A stretch of 64,000 bases of DNA from Bdellovibrionota bacterium (GTDB taxonomy: Bacteria; Bdellovibrionota_G; JALEGL01; DATDPG01): positions 2,784,001 to 2,848,000 of the forward strand of contig OY764265.1 in the NCBI GenBank assembly GCA_963668355.1, in the 5' to 3' direction. Of this stretch, positions 38,879 through 48,288 are shown piece by piece. Below the pieces are notes generated by a model, which was not told the origin of the DNA, searched no databases, and was given only the letters and a program-made list of their open reading frames with translations. Made by a program: the position numbers and the translations under genes. The first letter of the stretch is position 1. Each line of letters opens with the position of its first letter.

Positions 38879-40793
38879 AGATTTTCTTTTCCTCCTCTTC
38901 TCGGAAAAGCTTCACGAGGCCTTCAAGCGATATGCCTGACTGTTGCTGCCCCGAGCGCTTCCTTATGCTCACTTCACGCTGAGCCATCTCGCGTTCCCCT
39001 AAGACTAACATGTAAGGGATCTTCTGAACTTGAGCCTCTCGAATTTTGTATCCGAGCTTCTCGCTTCGAAGGTCCACCTCTACTCGAAAGCCCTGAGCGA
39101 CCAATTGGTCTTGAACTTCCTTGGCGTAAGAGGCCTGTTTGTCCGATATCGGCAACACGACCGCTTGAACCGGGCTCAGCCAAAGCGGCAAAGCTCCGGC
39201 ATAATGCTCGATTAAGCACCCAACAAAACGTTCCATGGACCCTAGCAGAGCCCTATGAATCATGATGGGCGCGCGCCTATTACCATCCTTGTCTACGTAT
39301 TCCAAGTTAAATCGGGCGGGCAGATTAAAATCTACTTGGATGGTTCCGCATTGCCAAGATCGGTTCAGGGAGTCCCGAACCTTGATATCGATCTTGGGAC
39401 CATAAAAAACGCCCTCTCCTGGGTCGATTTCAAAAGGAAGCTCTGTCTTTTCAAGGGCTTGCCTCAAGGCCTCCGTCGCTCGATCCCAGTCCTCATCACT
39501 TCCAACCGCCTTCTCTGGCTTTGTGGAGAGGTAAATGTCGTATTCCGTAAATCCCATGGCCCGATAGATATGAACCATGAATTGAATGACCCGTGTGATC
39601 TCTTCATTGAGCGTCTCGGGGGTAACGAAAAGATGGGCATCATCTTGCGTGAAGCCCCGAACGCGCAAAAGGCCGTGCAAAACCCCGGATCGTTCGTATC
39701 GGTAAACCGTCCCCAACTCCGCCCATCGAAACGGAAGGTCTCGATAACTTCTCAGCTTAGAATTATAGATCTGAATATGGAAAGGACAGTTCATCGGCTT
39801 GATGAGGTAAGGCTGCTCTTCCACATCCATGGGAGAATACATATTCTCCTTGTAAAAGCTGGAATGCCCTGAGGTTTCCCAGAGATGAGCTCGGGCTACG
39901 TGAGGTGTAAAAACCAAATCATATCCACCGCTTATATGCTCTCTTCTCCAAAACTCTTCAATTAAATATCGAAGCAACGCCCCCTTGGGATGCCAGAGGA
40001 TCAATCCGGGTCCCACTTCTTCAGAAACACTAAAGAGGTCAAGTTCTTTGCCAATCCTTCGATGGTCCCGCCTTTTGGCCTCCTCAATTCGCTCCAAGTA
40101 TTCCGCAAGGGCTTTTTTGTCCCCAAACGCCGTCCCATAAATCCGTTGGAGCATCTCGTTAGACTCATCCCCTCGCCAATAAGAAGCCGAAGAATCTAGC
40201 AACTTTACGGCTCCGATTTGAGAAGTGGATTGAACATGCGGTCCACGGCAAAGATCGACAAACTTCCCGTGCTTAAAGAGCGTAATGTCCTCCCCCTCAG
40301 GAATATCGGCCAAACGGGAAATCTTCAAATGCTCTCCCATCTCCTCCAAACGTTTCTTGGCCTCTTCGCGTGTGACCACCTCGCGCTCGAAAGGAGCCTT
40401 GGACTTTAAAATTTCCTTCATTTTGGCTTCGATTTTCTCCAAATCTTCCGGAGTGAAAGCCCGATCGATTTTGAAATCATATTGAAACTTTTCAGAGTGA
40501 TCCGTCCGCCCCACATCAATCTGCACATCCGGCCAAAGCTGCTTGACCGCATCGGCCATCACATGTTCCGCAGAGTGCCGTACGACGTCATCCGCTTGAG
40601 GGTCTTTGCTTGTAACAATCTCCAGCGTTACGTTCTGATTGAGTGGCGTGCGCAAATCCACCAATTTTCCATCGATTCGACCGGCCAGTGCAGCTTTCGC
40701 CAACCCGGCACCAATCTTCTGGGCCACATCCAGAACGGTACTTCCATCTTCAACTTTTAAGCAGTCGCCATTGGGCAAACGTATTTCAGGCAT
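38868..40793 (-). CDS. thrS: Threonyl-tRNA synthetase
   Basis: TGS domain, DLCRGPH, RDHR, KPMNCP, FYGPKID. Confidence 0.98.
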   Translation of the reverse strand: MPEIRLPNGDCLKVEDGSTVLDVAQKIGAGLAKAALAGRIDGKLVDLRTPLNQNVTLEIVTSKDPQADDVVRHSAEHVMADAVKQLWPDVQIDVGRTDHSEKFQYDFKIDRAFTPEDLEKIEAKMKEILKSKAPFEREVVTREEAKKRLEEMGEHLKISRLADIPEGEDITLFKHGKFVDLCRGPHVQSTSQIGAVKLLDSSASYWRGDESNEMLQRIYGTAFGDKKALAEYLERIEEAKRRDHRRIGKELDLFSVSEEVGPGLILWHPKGALLRYLIEEFWRREHISGGYDLVFTPHVARAHLWETSGHSSFYKENMYSPMDVEEQPYLIKPMNCPFHIQIYNSKLRSYRDLPFRWAELGTVYRYERSGVLHGLLRVRGFTQDDAHLFVTPETLNEEITRVIQFMVHIYRAMGFTEYDIYLSTKPEKAVGSDEDWDRATEALRQALEKTELPFEIDPGEGVFYGPKIDIKVRDSLNRSWQCGTIQVDFNLPARFNLEYVDKDGNRRAPIMIHRALLGSMERFVGCLIEHYAGALPLWLSPVQAVVLPISDKQASYAKEVQDQLVAQGFRVEVDLRSEKLGYKIREAQVQKIPYMLVLGEREMAQREVSIRKRSGQQQSGISLEGLVKLFREEEEKKICER

Positions 40794-40843
40794 AAGGCCC
40801 GTAAATCTACGTATTTAGACGAATTTAGCAATAGGGATTTGAG

Positions 40844-41302
40844 CTAGTCGAGGAATCGAACCGCGCAGGCTTCATAGCGTTTGGGAAAACCATCAAAGTA
40901 TGCGTAACTTCCTGCTCGTTGAAACGTCACGTTCGCCAAAGATTCCCCTTCGCCGGAGTCGTAATACGTCACTTTCACACCGAACCGGTCCACCCTTTGG
41001 CCCAAAATGGCTCGAAACTCCTGAATGTCGGTTTCCCGGTTGATGGCTCGATCCACTTCTTCCAAAAACACTTCTCGCAGAGGCTCATCGCACCAGTCGT
41101 CTCCATTTTTGCAAAAAGACACGACATATTTTTCATGTCGGTCTATCCCCAAGATCCCAAACCATAACTCATAGTCAACGTCGGGAATCTCGCAAAAAAC
41201 CAGGTATTCCGTTCTCGTATTTCGATACCGGTCGAAATCCGGAGTCTGAGCGCCCAGGGGCAATGAGATCAACAGAATGGCCAAAAGAAAAAATGTCTTC
41301 AT
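40844..41302 (-). CDS. Hypothetical secreted protein
   Basis: GGAGG SD, signal peptide MKTFFLLAILLISLPLGA, four Cys. Confidence 0.7.
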   Translation of the reverse strand: MKTFFLLAILLISLPLGAQTPDFDRYRNTRTEYLVFCEIPDVDYELWFGILGIDRHEKYVVSFCKNGDDWCDEPLREVFLEEVDRAINRETDIQEFRAILGQRVDRFGVKVTYYDSGEGESLANVTFQRAGSYAYFDGFPKRYEACAVRFLD

Positions 41303-41389
41303 ATCCCTCCAATTTCGGTGCCCCATTTTATAACGCATTGCTCAAGCAAAGTAAAAGGGACTCGACGGAGGGATTGAATGGCCGATCTC

Positions 41390-41649
41390 TTTCGCCTTCA
41401 CCCCTTTCCTGAATCCGTGGCTCCGCCACGTCTTCGGAGAGCTTTAGAAATCCTATGCTGCTGTTTGGGAATGGTGGGTGCGGGCAGGATTCACGCGCTC
41501 GCGCGCGTAGACCCTTTGGGTGACAGATTGTCCACCCATTTCATGGGTCCCCGGCCAATCTCTGGTATTTCCCGTAGTTTTTTTGACCTGCTTCGCAGGT
41601 TCAAAAAACGAGGGTTTGAACTGCCGACCTCTACCGTGTCAAGGTAGCG
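41390..41649 (-). pseudogene. Split partial duplicate of tRNA-Val plus its 3' trailer
   Basis: Anticodon arm and 5' T-stem copy at 41616-41649, about 125-bp insert, 3' end copy at 41472-41491, trailer copy at 41390-41471. Confidence 0.85.
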
Positions 41650-41783
41650 GACGACTACAGAGGGGAAAACCTTCGTTTTCCCCTCGGCGAAAAAACGTCG
41701 TTTTTCGCCTTCACCCCTTTCCAAATCCGTGGCTACGCCACGTCTTAGGAGAGCTTTAGAAATCCTATGCTGTTGTTTGGGAA

Positions 41784-41858
41784 TGGTGGGTGCGGGCAGG
41801 ATTGAACTGCCGACCTCTACCGTGTCAAGGTAGCGCTCTCCCACTGAGCTACGCGCCC
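41784..41858 (-). tRNA. tRNA-Val (GAC)
   Basis: GGGCGCGTAGCTCAG...CTACC-TTGACAC-GGTAG...GTTCAATC...CACCCACCA. Confidence 0.96.
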
Positions 41859-41915
41859 ACTCTCAAGATCGGTTTGGCTGTCTATCAGAATTAGAATTTT
41901 CGTCAATCGAGAGTT

Positions 41916-43487
41916 TCAATCCACAGATTCAAGTTCTTTATACGTAAACACCGCCTGGAAAAAAGGCGTTCCCTCCACTTCATAGCCAAGCAAATAGCGC
42001 TTCATGTCTTCAATGGAAAAGCCATTGGCTCTTAATTCGGAAAGGTTCACATGAATATTGGTCTTGGTCACCCCTGAAATGGGAGAAACGTCATTGTCCA
42101 TATGATCAAATCTTTTTTCCAAGTCTTTCGTCAATTTCTGGAGGTCCAAAATCTTTCCCCCGGAGATTTCCGTCAAAGGCGCGACACCATGATCTGCCGA
42201 CACAATCAAAACAATGTTTCCCTTCGAATGTTTGTATAGAAGATTAAAGATTCTTTTCAATTGTCGATCGGATTCAGAAAGGGTTTCCCGACATTCCAGA
42301 CTTTCCGAACCGAGATAGTGCCCACAATAGTCCGTGGCTTTGAAATTCACCAAAACCAGGTCGGTCACGTCATCTTGCCCCACCTTTTCGGAAACCAGAA
42401 CCTCATTCAACATATCCCCTTCCATTTGCGTAAACGCAGGAGAGCCCTTCCAACAGCCAAACAATGCTCCTTGATGCCCCTTTCCTTCATACCGACAGGT
42501 TTGCTTTCGCCAATAGGGGAAATCTTGGTTTCGAGAGATGTATTGAGAAAATCGAAACTTTTTGGCGACCGTGGGGATCCGATAAATCTGGCTGTCCGTT
42601 ACAAACCCGTCTTTTTCGCCTCCATGCCAAAGAACGACATCCGCATCTCCACCTAAGTAGTCCAATCCATGTCCACCCAATCCAATCGATGCTCGGTGCA
42701 CGGAGGCATAGGCCAATATTTTTGCCTGATTCTGTGTGGCAACATCCCATCGATCCGCAATCGTGGGTTCTTTTAGCAATTGGGGATGGGTTCCACGAGG
42801 TCCAAAATAGGCTTTGTATTTTCGATTCAACCCCGAATTGAACGGTTTGTTCTCGACAATGCCATTGACGCGTGGAAAAGCCCCCGTTCCAAAAACAGCA
42901 TGGGAAACCGCCGTGACCGAAGGGACATAATCCAGCCGGGCGTTCTCATACACAAAACCTTTTTCCATAATCTCGGACAAAAAGGGAATATGATCCGCAT
43001 GATGGTTCCAATAGCCCCATCCTACTTGATCCAACACCACAAAAAGAATGACCGCCGGCTTTTGTGAGGTCTTTTTCAGAGATTCCAGAAGGGGTTTTCC
43101 GGCGGCATAAGAGGGTTCACTCAACGATAGAAATTTGGCCATCGTCGGAGCTATGTCCGTCGGAGAGGAAAGCGTTTGGCTCTTCCCCTTCTGAATAAAT
43201 TCTTCTCCATAGAGAACAAGGGGAACGTGGGTATCGTAGGCATAAGGAAGGCCATGATCGGTTCCCCGATGTTCTCGCTCCACATAGGTTCCACCTATGG
43301 GAATATGGCTTTTCCACTTCGCAAAGACGATGTCTTCTTCCGTCAGAAGATTGTACGGCTTGGGGATGACAAATAATTCGAACGCGCCCGGGTAATAGGC
43401 TGTGCGAACCGTTTCTCGCATCACCGGCTTTTTGACACATGAAACTAGAGACAAAAACACCAACAGGTAGAGAGGAAGCTTTTTCAT
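41916..43487 (-). CDS. Alkaline phosphatase superfamily (PafA/NPP-like) lipoprotein, apparently circularly permuted
   Basis: Lipobox LVSC; VVLDQ, VTAVSH, DYCGH, SADHG; HG.PY.YDTHVP and DIAPT lie N-terminally. Confidence 0.85.
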   Translation of the reverse strand: MKKLPLYLLVFLSLVSCVKKPVMRETVRTAYYPGAFELFVIPKPYNLLTEEDIVFAKWKSHIPIGGTYVEREHRGTDHGLPYAYDTHVPLVLYGEEFIQKGKSQTLSSPTDIAPTMAKFLSLSEPSYAAGKPLLESLKKTSQKPAVILFVVLDQVGWGYWNHHADHIPFLSEIMEKGFVYENARLDYVPSVTAVSHAVFGTGAFPRVNGIVENKPFNSGLNRKYKAYFGPRGTHPQLLKEPTIADRWDVATQNQAKILAYASVHRASIGLGGHGLDYLGGDADVVLWHGGEKDGFVTDSQIYRIPTVAKKFRFSQYISRNQDFPYWRKQTCRYEGKGHQGALFGCWKGSPAFTQMEGDMLNEVLVSEKVGQDDVTDLVLVNFKATDYCGHYLGSESLECRETLSESDRQLKRIFNLLYKHSKGNIVLIVSADHGVAPLTEISGGKILDLQKLTKDLEKRFDHMDNDVSPISGVTKTNIHVNLSELRANGFSIEDMKRYLLGYEVEGTPFFQAVFTYKELESVD

Positions 43488-43529
43488 GCCACCCACCCTA
43501 CCTGTTTAGCGTAAAGACTTGTTTAAGAA

Positions 43530-44051
43530 CTATTTATGATTCTTGTCGTATGTTTTGACGACACGGTCGGTGATGTCGTATGCACTCTTCGTGTACACGA
43601 TATCCCCTTTTTCAAAGATCATGTCGAATTTATCTTTGCGACCAATCTCTTCCACAATCGTGCGAATTCGTTTGAGGATTTGTCCCGTTAAGGTGACTTC
43701 TTTTTCCTGCATTTCCTTTTGCGCCGTCATCATCAATTGCTGAAAGGCCATTTGCTTGCTTTGAAGTTCCTTCTGTTTCTCTTCCAAGGCTTTCTTCGAA
43801 AGGATCATGCGTTGCTTTTCAAAATCTTCCGTCAATTTCTGAAGTTCGGTTCTTTGGCGATCCAATTCATCTTTTTTCTTTTTGATGACTTTTTCAAAAT
43901 CGGCCTTGGCCTTTTTACCCTCTTCCACGCTATCTAAGACGCGCTGAATATCCACAACCGCAAACTTCTCGGGGGCAGCTTTTACGAGCGTGGGAAGGCC
44001 CACAAGACCAACAGCGACAACCAACAAAACGAACCAACTAATTTTTTTCAT
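43530..44051 (-). CDS. skp: Skp/OmpH periplasmic chaperone
   Basis: Signal peptide, AVVDIQRV, coiled coil, DIT..V; AAGGAG SD; directly after bamA. Confidence 0.93.
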   Translation of the reverse strand: MKKISWFVLLVVAVGLVGLPTLVKAAPEKFAVVDIQRVLDSVEEGKKAKADFEKVIKKKKDELDRQRTELQKLTEDFEKQRMILSKKALEEKQKELQSKQMAFQQLMMTAQKEMQEKEVTLTGQILKRIRTIVEEIGRKDKFDMIFEKGDIVYTKSAYDITDRVVKTYDKNHK

Positions 44052-44061
44052 GATGTTCTCC

Positions 44062-46374
44062 TTAAAATAATGATCCGATCGTGAAATCGAACGCGACAAA
44101 ACTTTCATCCTCTTTTCGATCCAAGGGGAAGCCCCATTCAAATCGCAAGGGTCCGATGGGCGAAAACCATCGAATTCCAAAACCCGTACTTTGCCGTTGC
44201 CCTGCCAGGGTAAAGGGAGTTTCGCCATTGTCAAAGGCATTCCCCATATCAAAGAAGAAAACGCCCTTGATGCCCGCAGCAGAGATGATCGGGAAAATGT
44301 ATTCTGCGTTAAAAATCACCTGTTTATTCCCCCCCACATTGAAGTCACTTGTAACCAATGAGGTTGGGTCGCTGGATGAGGCCACTTGAATTTCCGGTCC
44401 CAAAGACCGAATGGGGAAACCTCGAATCGTAAAAATGCCTCCGGGGAAATAACGCTCAAAAAGTGGGACCCGCTCCCCATCTCTCAATGGAGCGACATAA
44501 CCCGTGCCGAAATGGAAAGCCAACACCGATTTACCGATGATGGGAATGCGACTATTTGGGGCCACCGGAAAATACCATCTCGCATCCAACTCAGACTTTG
44601 AGAATGAATTGTCTCCCCCGAAAATTCGTCCCGCAAATTCCTGCGTAAGCGAAAGATAGGAACCACTGCTCGGTTCGAACACGCGATCTCTGGTGTCGTG
44701 AGAGATGCTTAACGTCACCGACGATGTCAAACCACTATCAAAAAGATTTTCGACCGTAGATCGAATATTCGAAAGGTTTTGGTCTACCAATCCATATGTG
44801 ATCCCCGCACGAACACGTCGTAAGCCTTTTCGATAGAGAGGATAATCAAAACCAATCGTGCCTCCGCGTGAGGTCAGATCAAAGTCAGAGAATGCGCGTT
44901 CAATATTGAAGGCATTGACCGTCAACCCCCATTTTGTATCGAGAAAATGTTCATCTCGATACTGAAGATTGAAGGCTTGGGTTCGGCCTCCCAAACGTGC
45001 ACTCAGCATCAAATCTACGCCATACCCGAAAAGATTTCGCCTTTGAACTTGTCCGATCACCTGAAAGGACTCCAAGGTATTGAATCCTGCTCCGATGGAG
45101 AAACTTCCCGTTGATTTTTCCTTCACATCTATAACGACATCCACGCGTTCATCGGTGGAAGCGCGTGGGGTGGTGAGTCGAACTTCTTCAAAAAGAGCCA
45201 ATCGATCGATGTTTGCTTTGGACTCCTGAATCTTGGTGGCGGAATAATACTCTCCCTCAAGAATCGACATCTCCCTCCGGAGAACCTTATCCCGAGTGGT
45301 GTCATTTCCTGTAAAACGAATCTCTTCAATTCGAACCTTTTTACCCGGTTGAAGAAAATAATTAATGCTGACCGTTTTTGAATCTTCATCATAGGAATCT
45401 CGGGGAATAACGTTGGCATAGGCGTACCCCTCATCCATATAAGCCGTGGACAACGCTTGAATGTCTTTCTGAATGATCCACGTGTCTACGGTTTTTCCAC
45501 TTTCCAAACTCACCATTTTTTCGAGTTTGCTTTTGGGAATCACAAACTCTCCGCCAATATCCACCGTTCCAACTTTGTAGGCTTCTCCTTCATCCACCAC
45601 GAACGTTAAGGAAAGGCGTTGTTTATCTCTTGAAAGTTGTAACCGAGGATCACTCACCCTGGCTTTGATATAGCCGTGATGTCCATACCATTGCCGAACA
45701 ATTTCTCGGTCCCGTTTTAGAGCCATATCCTCAAAAGAACCGCTACCGGTTAAAAAGGAGAGAAATCCTTTTTCTTTTGTAAAAATGACATCCTTGAGTT
45801 GATCATCCGTAAACACCTGGTTTCCAACGAAGTGAATTTGTTCAATTTCAACTTTCTTGTTTTCTTCAATTTCAAAAATCAAATTGGCTTCGTTGTTCGG
45901 CAGCGGATCCAAACGGGTTCGGATTTCGGTAAGGTAATAACCTTCTCGCTCATAATAGGCCCGCAAGGCATCGACATCTCTGCGAATTTTTCCTTGATTC
46001 AAATACGTAAACGGCTTGATGAGCGTTTCTTCTTTGAGATCTTCCGTATCTTCCTCTTCATTTCCAGAAAACTGAATGCTTCGAATGACCGTTTTTTCTT
46101 TCACAGAAAACGTCAAACGCGCATTGGACTCATTGAAAGAGACCTGAACATCCTGGAAATAACCCATTCGGAAAATGCTTCGAACATCCGTTTGAATTTG
46201 TGTGGAGCGATAGCGTGTCCCTTTTTGAGAGGAAATGACTCGAAGAATTGCGGGAGATTCGATCCTCCGATTTCCCTGAATTTGGACATCCTTTATGAGC
46301 GATCCTTCAATGGCTCCAAAGGCCATCTGGGTCCACAAAAGAACGAAACTGAGAATTCCTAAAAACCGTCTCAT
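44062..46374 (-). CDS. bamA: Outer membrane protein assembly factor BamA
   Basis: POTRA repeats, IRGF, WFSPIGPLRFEWG, C-terminal F. Confidence 0.98.
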   Translation of the reverse strand: MRRFLGILSFVLLWTQMAFGAIEGSLIKDVQIQGNRRIESPAILRVISSQKGTRYRSTQIQTDVRSIFRMGYFQDVQVSFNESNARLTFSVKEKTVIRSIQFSGNEEEDTEDLKEETLIKPFTYLNQGKIRRDVDALRAYYEREGYYLTEIRTRLDPLPNNEANLIFEIEENKKVEIEQIHFVGNQVFTDDQLKDVIFTKEKGFLSFLTGSGSFEDMALKRDREIVRQWYGHHGYIKARVSDPRLQLSRDKQRLSLTFVVDEGEAYKVGTVDIGGEFVIPKSKLEKMVSLESGKTVDTWIIQKDIQALSTAYMDEGYAYANVIPRDSYDEDSKTVSINYFLQPGKKVRIEEIRFTGNDTTRDKVLRREMSILEGEYYSATKIQESKANIDRLALFEEVRLTTPRASTDERVDVVIDVKEKSTGSFSIGAGFNTLESFQVIGQVQRRNLFGYGVDLMLSARLGGRTQAFNLQYRDEHFLDTKWGLTVNAFNIERAFSDFDLTSRGGTIGFDYPLYRKGLRRVRAGITYGLVDQNLSNIRSTVENLFDSGLTSSVTLSISHDTRDRVFEPSSGSYLSLTQEFAGRIFGGDNSFSKSELDARWYFPVAPNSRIPIIGKSVLAFHFGTGYVAPLRDGERVPLFERYFPGGIFTIRGFPIRSLGPEIQVASSSDPTSLVTSDFNVGGNKQVIFNAEYIFPIISAAGIKGVFFFDMGNAFDNGETPFTLAGQRQSTGFGIRWFSPIGPLRFEWGFPLDRKEDESFVAFDFTIGSLF

Positions 46375-47057
46375 GCAGCGGCCTCCTCACTCAGGTGACC
46401 GCCTTTCATTCGAAGAACACGATCCGCCCTCATGGCCAATTCTGGGTTGTGCGTTGCCACGATCATGCTGCGGCGTTTTTCGCTCACCACACTAAAAAGT
46501 AAATCTCCCACCGTTCGAGCGGTATCGACATCCAAATTGCCCGTGGGCTCATCGGCCAAAATCAATGCAGGATCCCCGACCAATGCTCGTGCAATGGCTA
46601 CACGTTGCTGTTCTCCGCCCGAAAGCTCCGCCGGACGATGAAGCAAACGTTCTTCCAAACCAACTTGAATCAACGCATCCTCCGCCTTTTCTTCCACTTC
46701 TCCTGCATCCTCTCGCCTCATCAACAAGGGCATCATCACATTCTCCAAAGCCGTGAATTCTGGCAACAAATAGTGAAATTGGAAGATAAACCCAATTGAG
46801 CGATTGCGAAACTCTGCAAGTTTTTTGGAGCTGCGCGAAAACACGTCCTCTCCGCGAAACAGCACCTGGCCGCGGGAAGGCTGGTCTAACCCCCCCAGTA
46901 TATTGAGCAACGTGGACTTACCAACGCCCGAGGCCCCCACAACCGAGATGCTCTGCCCTTCCAAAACATCCATTTCAAGATCCTTCAAAACCTGTATTTG
47001 GGCGTTTCCCTTTTCGAAGGTTTTCTCGATTTCCTTGGCTTGAAGCAAACTATTCAT
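46371..47057 (-). CDS. lolD: Lipoprotein-release ABC ATPase
   Basis: [44 protein letters not shown]. Confidence 0.95.
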   Translation of the reverse strand: MNSLLQAKEIEKTFEKGNAQIQVLKDLEMDVLEGQSISVVGASGVGKSTLLNILGGLDQPSRGQVLFRGEDVFSRSSKKLAEFRNRSIGFIFQFHYLLPEFTALENVMMPLLMRREDAGEVEEKAEDALIQVGLEERLLHRPAELSGGEQQRVAIARALVGDPALILADEPTGNLDVDTARTVGDLLFSVVSEKRRSMIVATHNPELAMRADRVLRMKGGHLSEEAAA

Positions 47058-48282
47058 ATCGGAGCCCCTCCGCCGGAGCTGTTTTCGCCGCCCGTAAAGC
47101 CGGATATAACGTGGCCAAAAAGCTAATGAGAAGAGCACATACGGCCACGAGTAAAAATTCGTGCGTCTGCATGCGTACCGGCAACGAATCGATCTGATAC
47201 ACATCCGCATTTAAAGGGAATTTGATGTATTCCTTGAGCAAAACGCAAAGCACATAGCCCAAAATCGTCCCCAGAGCCATTCCTACGGCACCGATCAACG
47301 TGCCCGAAAACATAAAAATTCGTGCGATCGAGCGCCGAGTCGCTCCCATCGCTTTCAAAATTGCGATTTCTTTGCCTTTCGTGATGACCAAAAGCGTAAG
47401 TGTTCCAATGATGTTGAACGAAGCCACCAGAACGATCATCGTGAGGACAATGAAGAACGTGGTTTTTTCCAGCTTAAACGCATTGAAGAGATCCTGATTC
47501 AACTCAAGCCAGTGACGCACATAGTACTCTGACCCAAGCTCTGCCTGAATTCGCGCAGCGACTTTTCGGGCCTCCTCCACATTTTCCACGTTAATTTGAA
47601 AGCCGCTGACTTCTCCCGGACGTCCAAAGAAACGTTGCGCCACTCCCAACTCCACGTATGCGCTCTTGGAATCGTATTCATACAAACCGCTTTTAAAGAT
47701 ACCAGCCACCTCAAAACGTCGAACCTTTGGGCCAAAACCAAAAGGACTCAATTCCCCTGAAGGAGAAACCACATCCACAGTGGCATCCGGATACAAGTAA
47801 AGGGTTTGGTCAGCCAAAACCCTTCCAACGACAATTCCGGGGAGTTCTCCTTCGACAGGCTTTAACCCTTTCAAATCTCCAGAAACCATATCGTCTGCAA
47901 GAGACGTAGCCCCACCTACCCGGTCGGGATCCACCCCATAAATCACGACTCCTGCAGATCGCCCTGAATCAGCGTGAAGAAGTACCTCATTATAAAGAAA
48001 AGGACTGACCGCCGTGACCCCTTGGATTTTTTCCACCTTCGTCATGACCTCTTCATGATCGAGAATGGGCCCGGCCGTCCGGAAAAGAATGAGAGGGGCA
48101 TTATTTCCCAAAATTCGGGAACGAAAATCGGCCTCAAACCCAGAAACCACAGAAAGCACGACATTTAGGGCCATCACACCCAGAGCGACACCCAAAATGG
48201 AAATCACCGTGATGACCGAAAGAACCGCGTTATTCTTTCGCGACAAGAGGTATCGGAAACCGACTCGCGTCTCGTAAGACAT
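47050..48282 (-). CDS. Lipoprotein-release ABC permease LolC/E
   Basis: RYL..., LGVMAL..VLSV..GF, IAILKAMGA, YPA.RAA...PAE.LRYE. Confidence 0.93.
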   Translation of the reverse strand: MSYETRVGFRYLLSRKNNAVLSVITVISILGVALGVMALNVVLSVVSGFEADFRSRILGNNAPLILFRTAGPILDHEEVMTKVEKIQGVTAVSPFLYNEVLLHADSGRSAGVVIYGVDPDRVGGATSLADDMVSGDLKGLKPVEGELPGIVVGRVLADQTLYLYPDATVDVVSPSGELSPFGFGPKVRRFEVAGIFKSGLYEYDSKSAYVELGVAQRFFGRPGEVSGFQINVENVEEARKVAARIQAELGSEYYVRHWLELNQDLFNAFKLEKTTFFIVLTMIVLVASFNIIGTLTLLVITKGKEIAILKAMGATRRSIARIFMFSGTLIGAVGMALGTILGYVLCVLLKEYIKFPLNADVYQIDSLPVRMQTHEFLLVAVCALLISFLATLYPALRAAKTAPAEGLRYE

Positions 48283-48288
48283 GGATTT

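Noticed and set aside
41378..41844. ORFs of 79-117 aa over the tRNA-Val region
   Set aside because: They are translations of the tRNA and its duplicated segments
44052..44252. N-terminal extension of Skp (likewise lolD, PBP1A, yfgM, gltH extensions in the ORF track)
   Set aside because: They overlap neighbouring genes; better starts with a signal peptide, SD or stop/start overlap lie downstream
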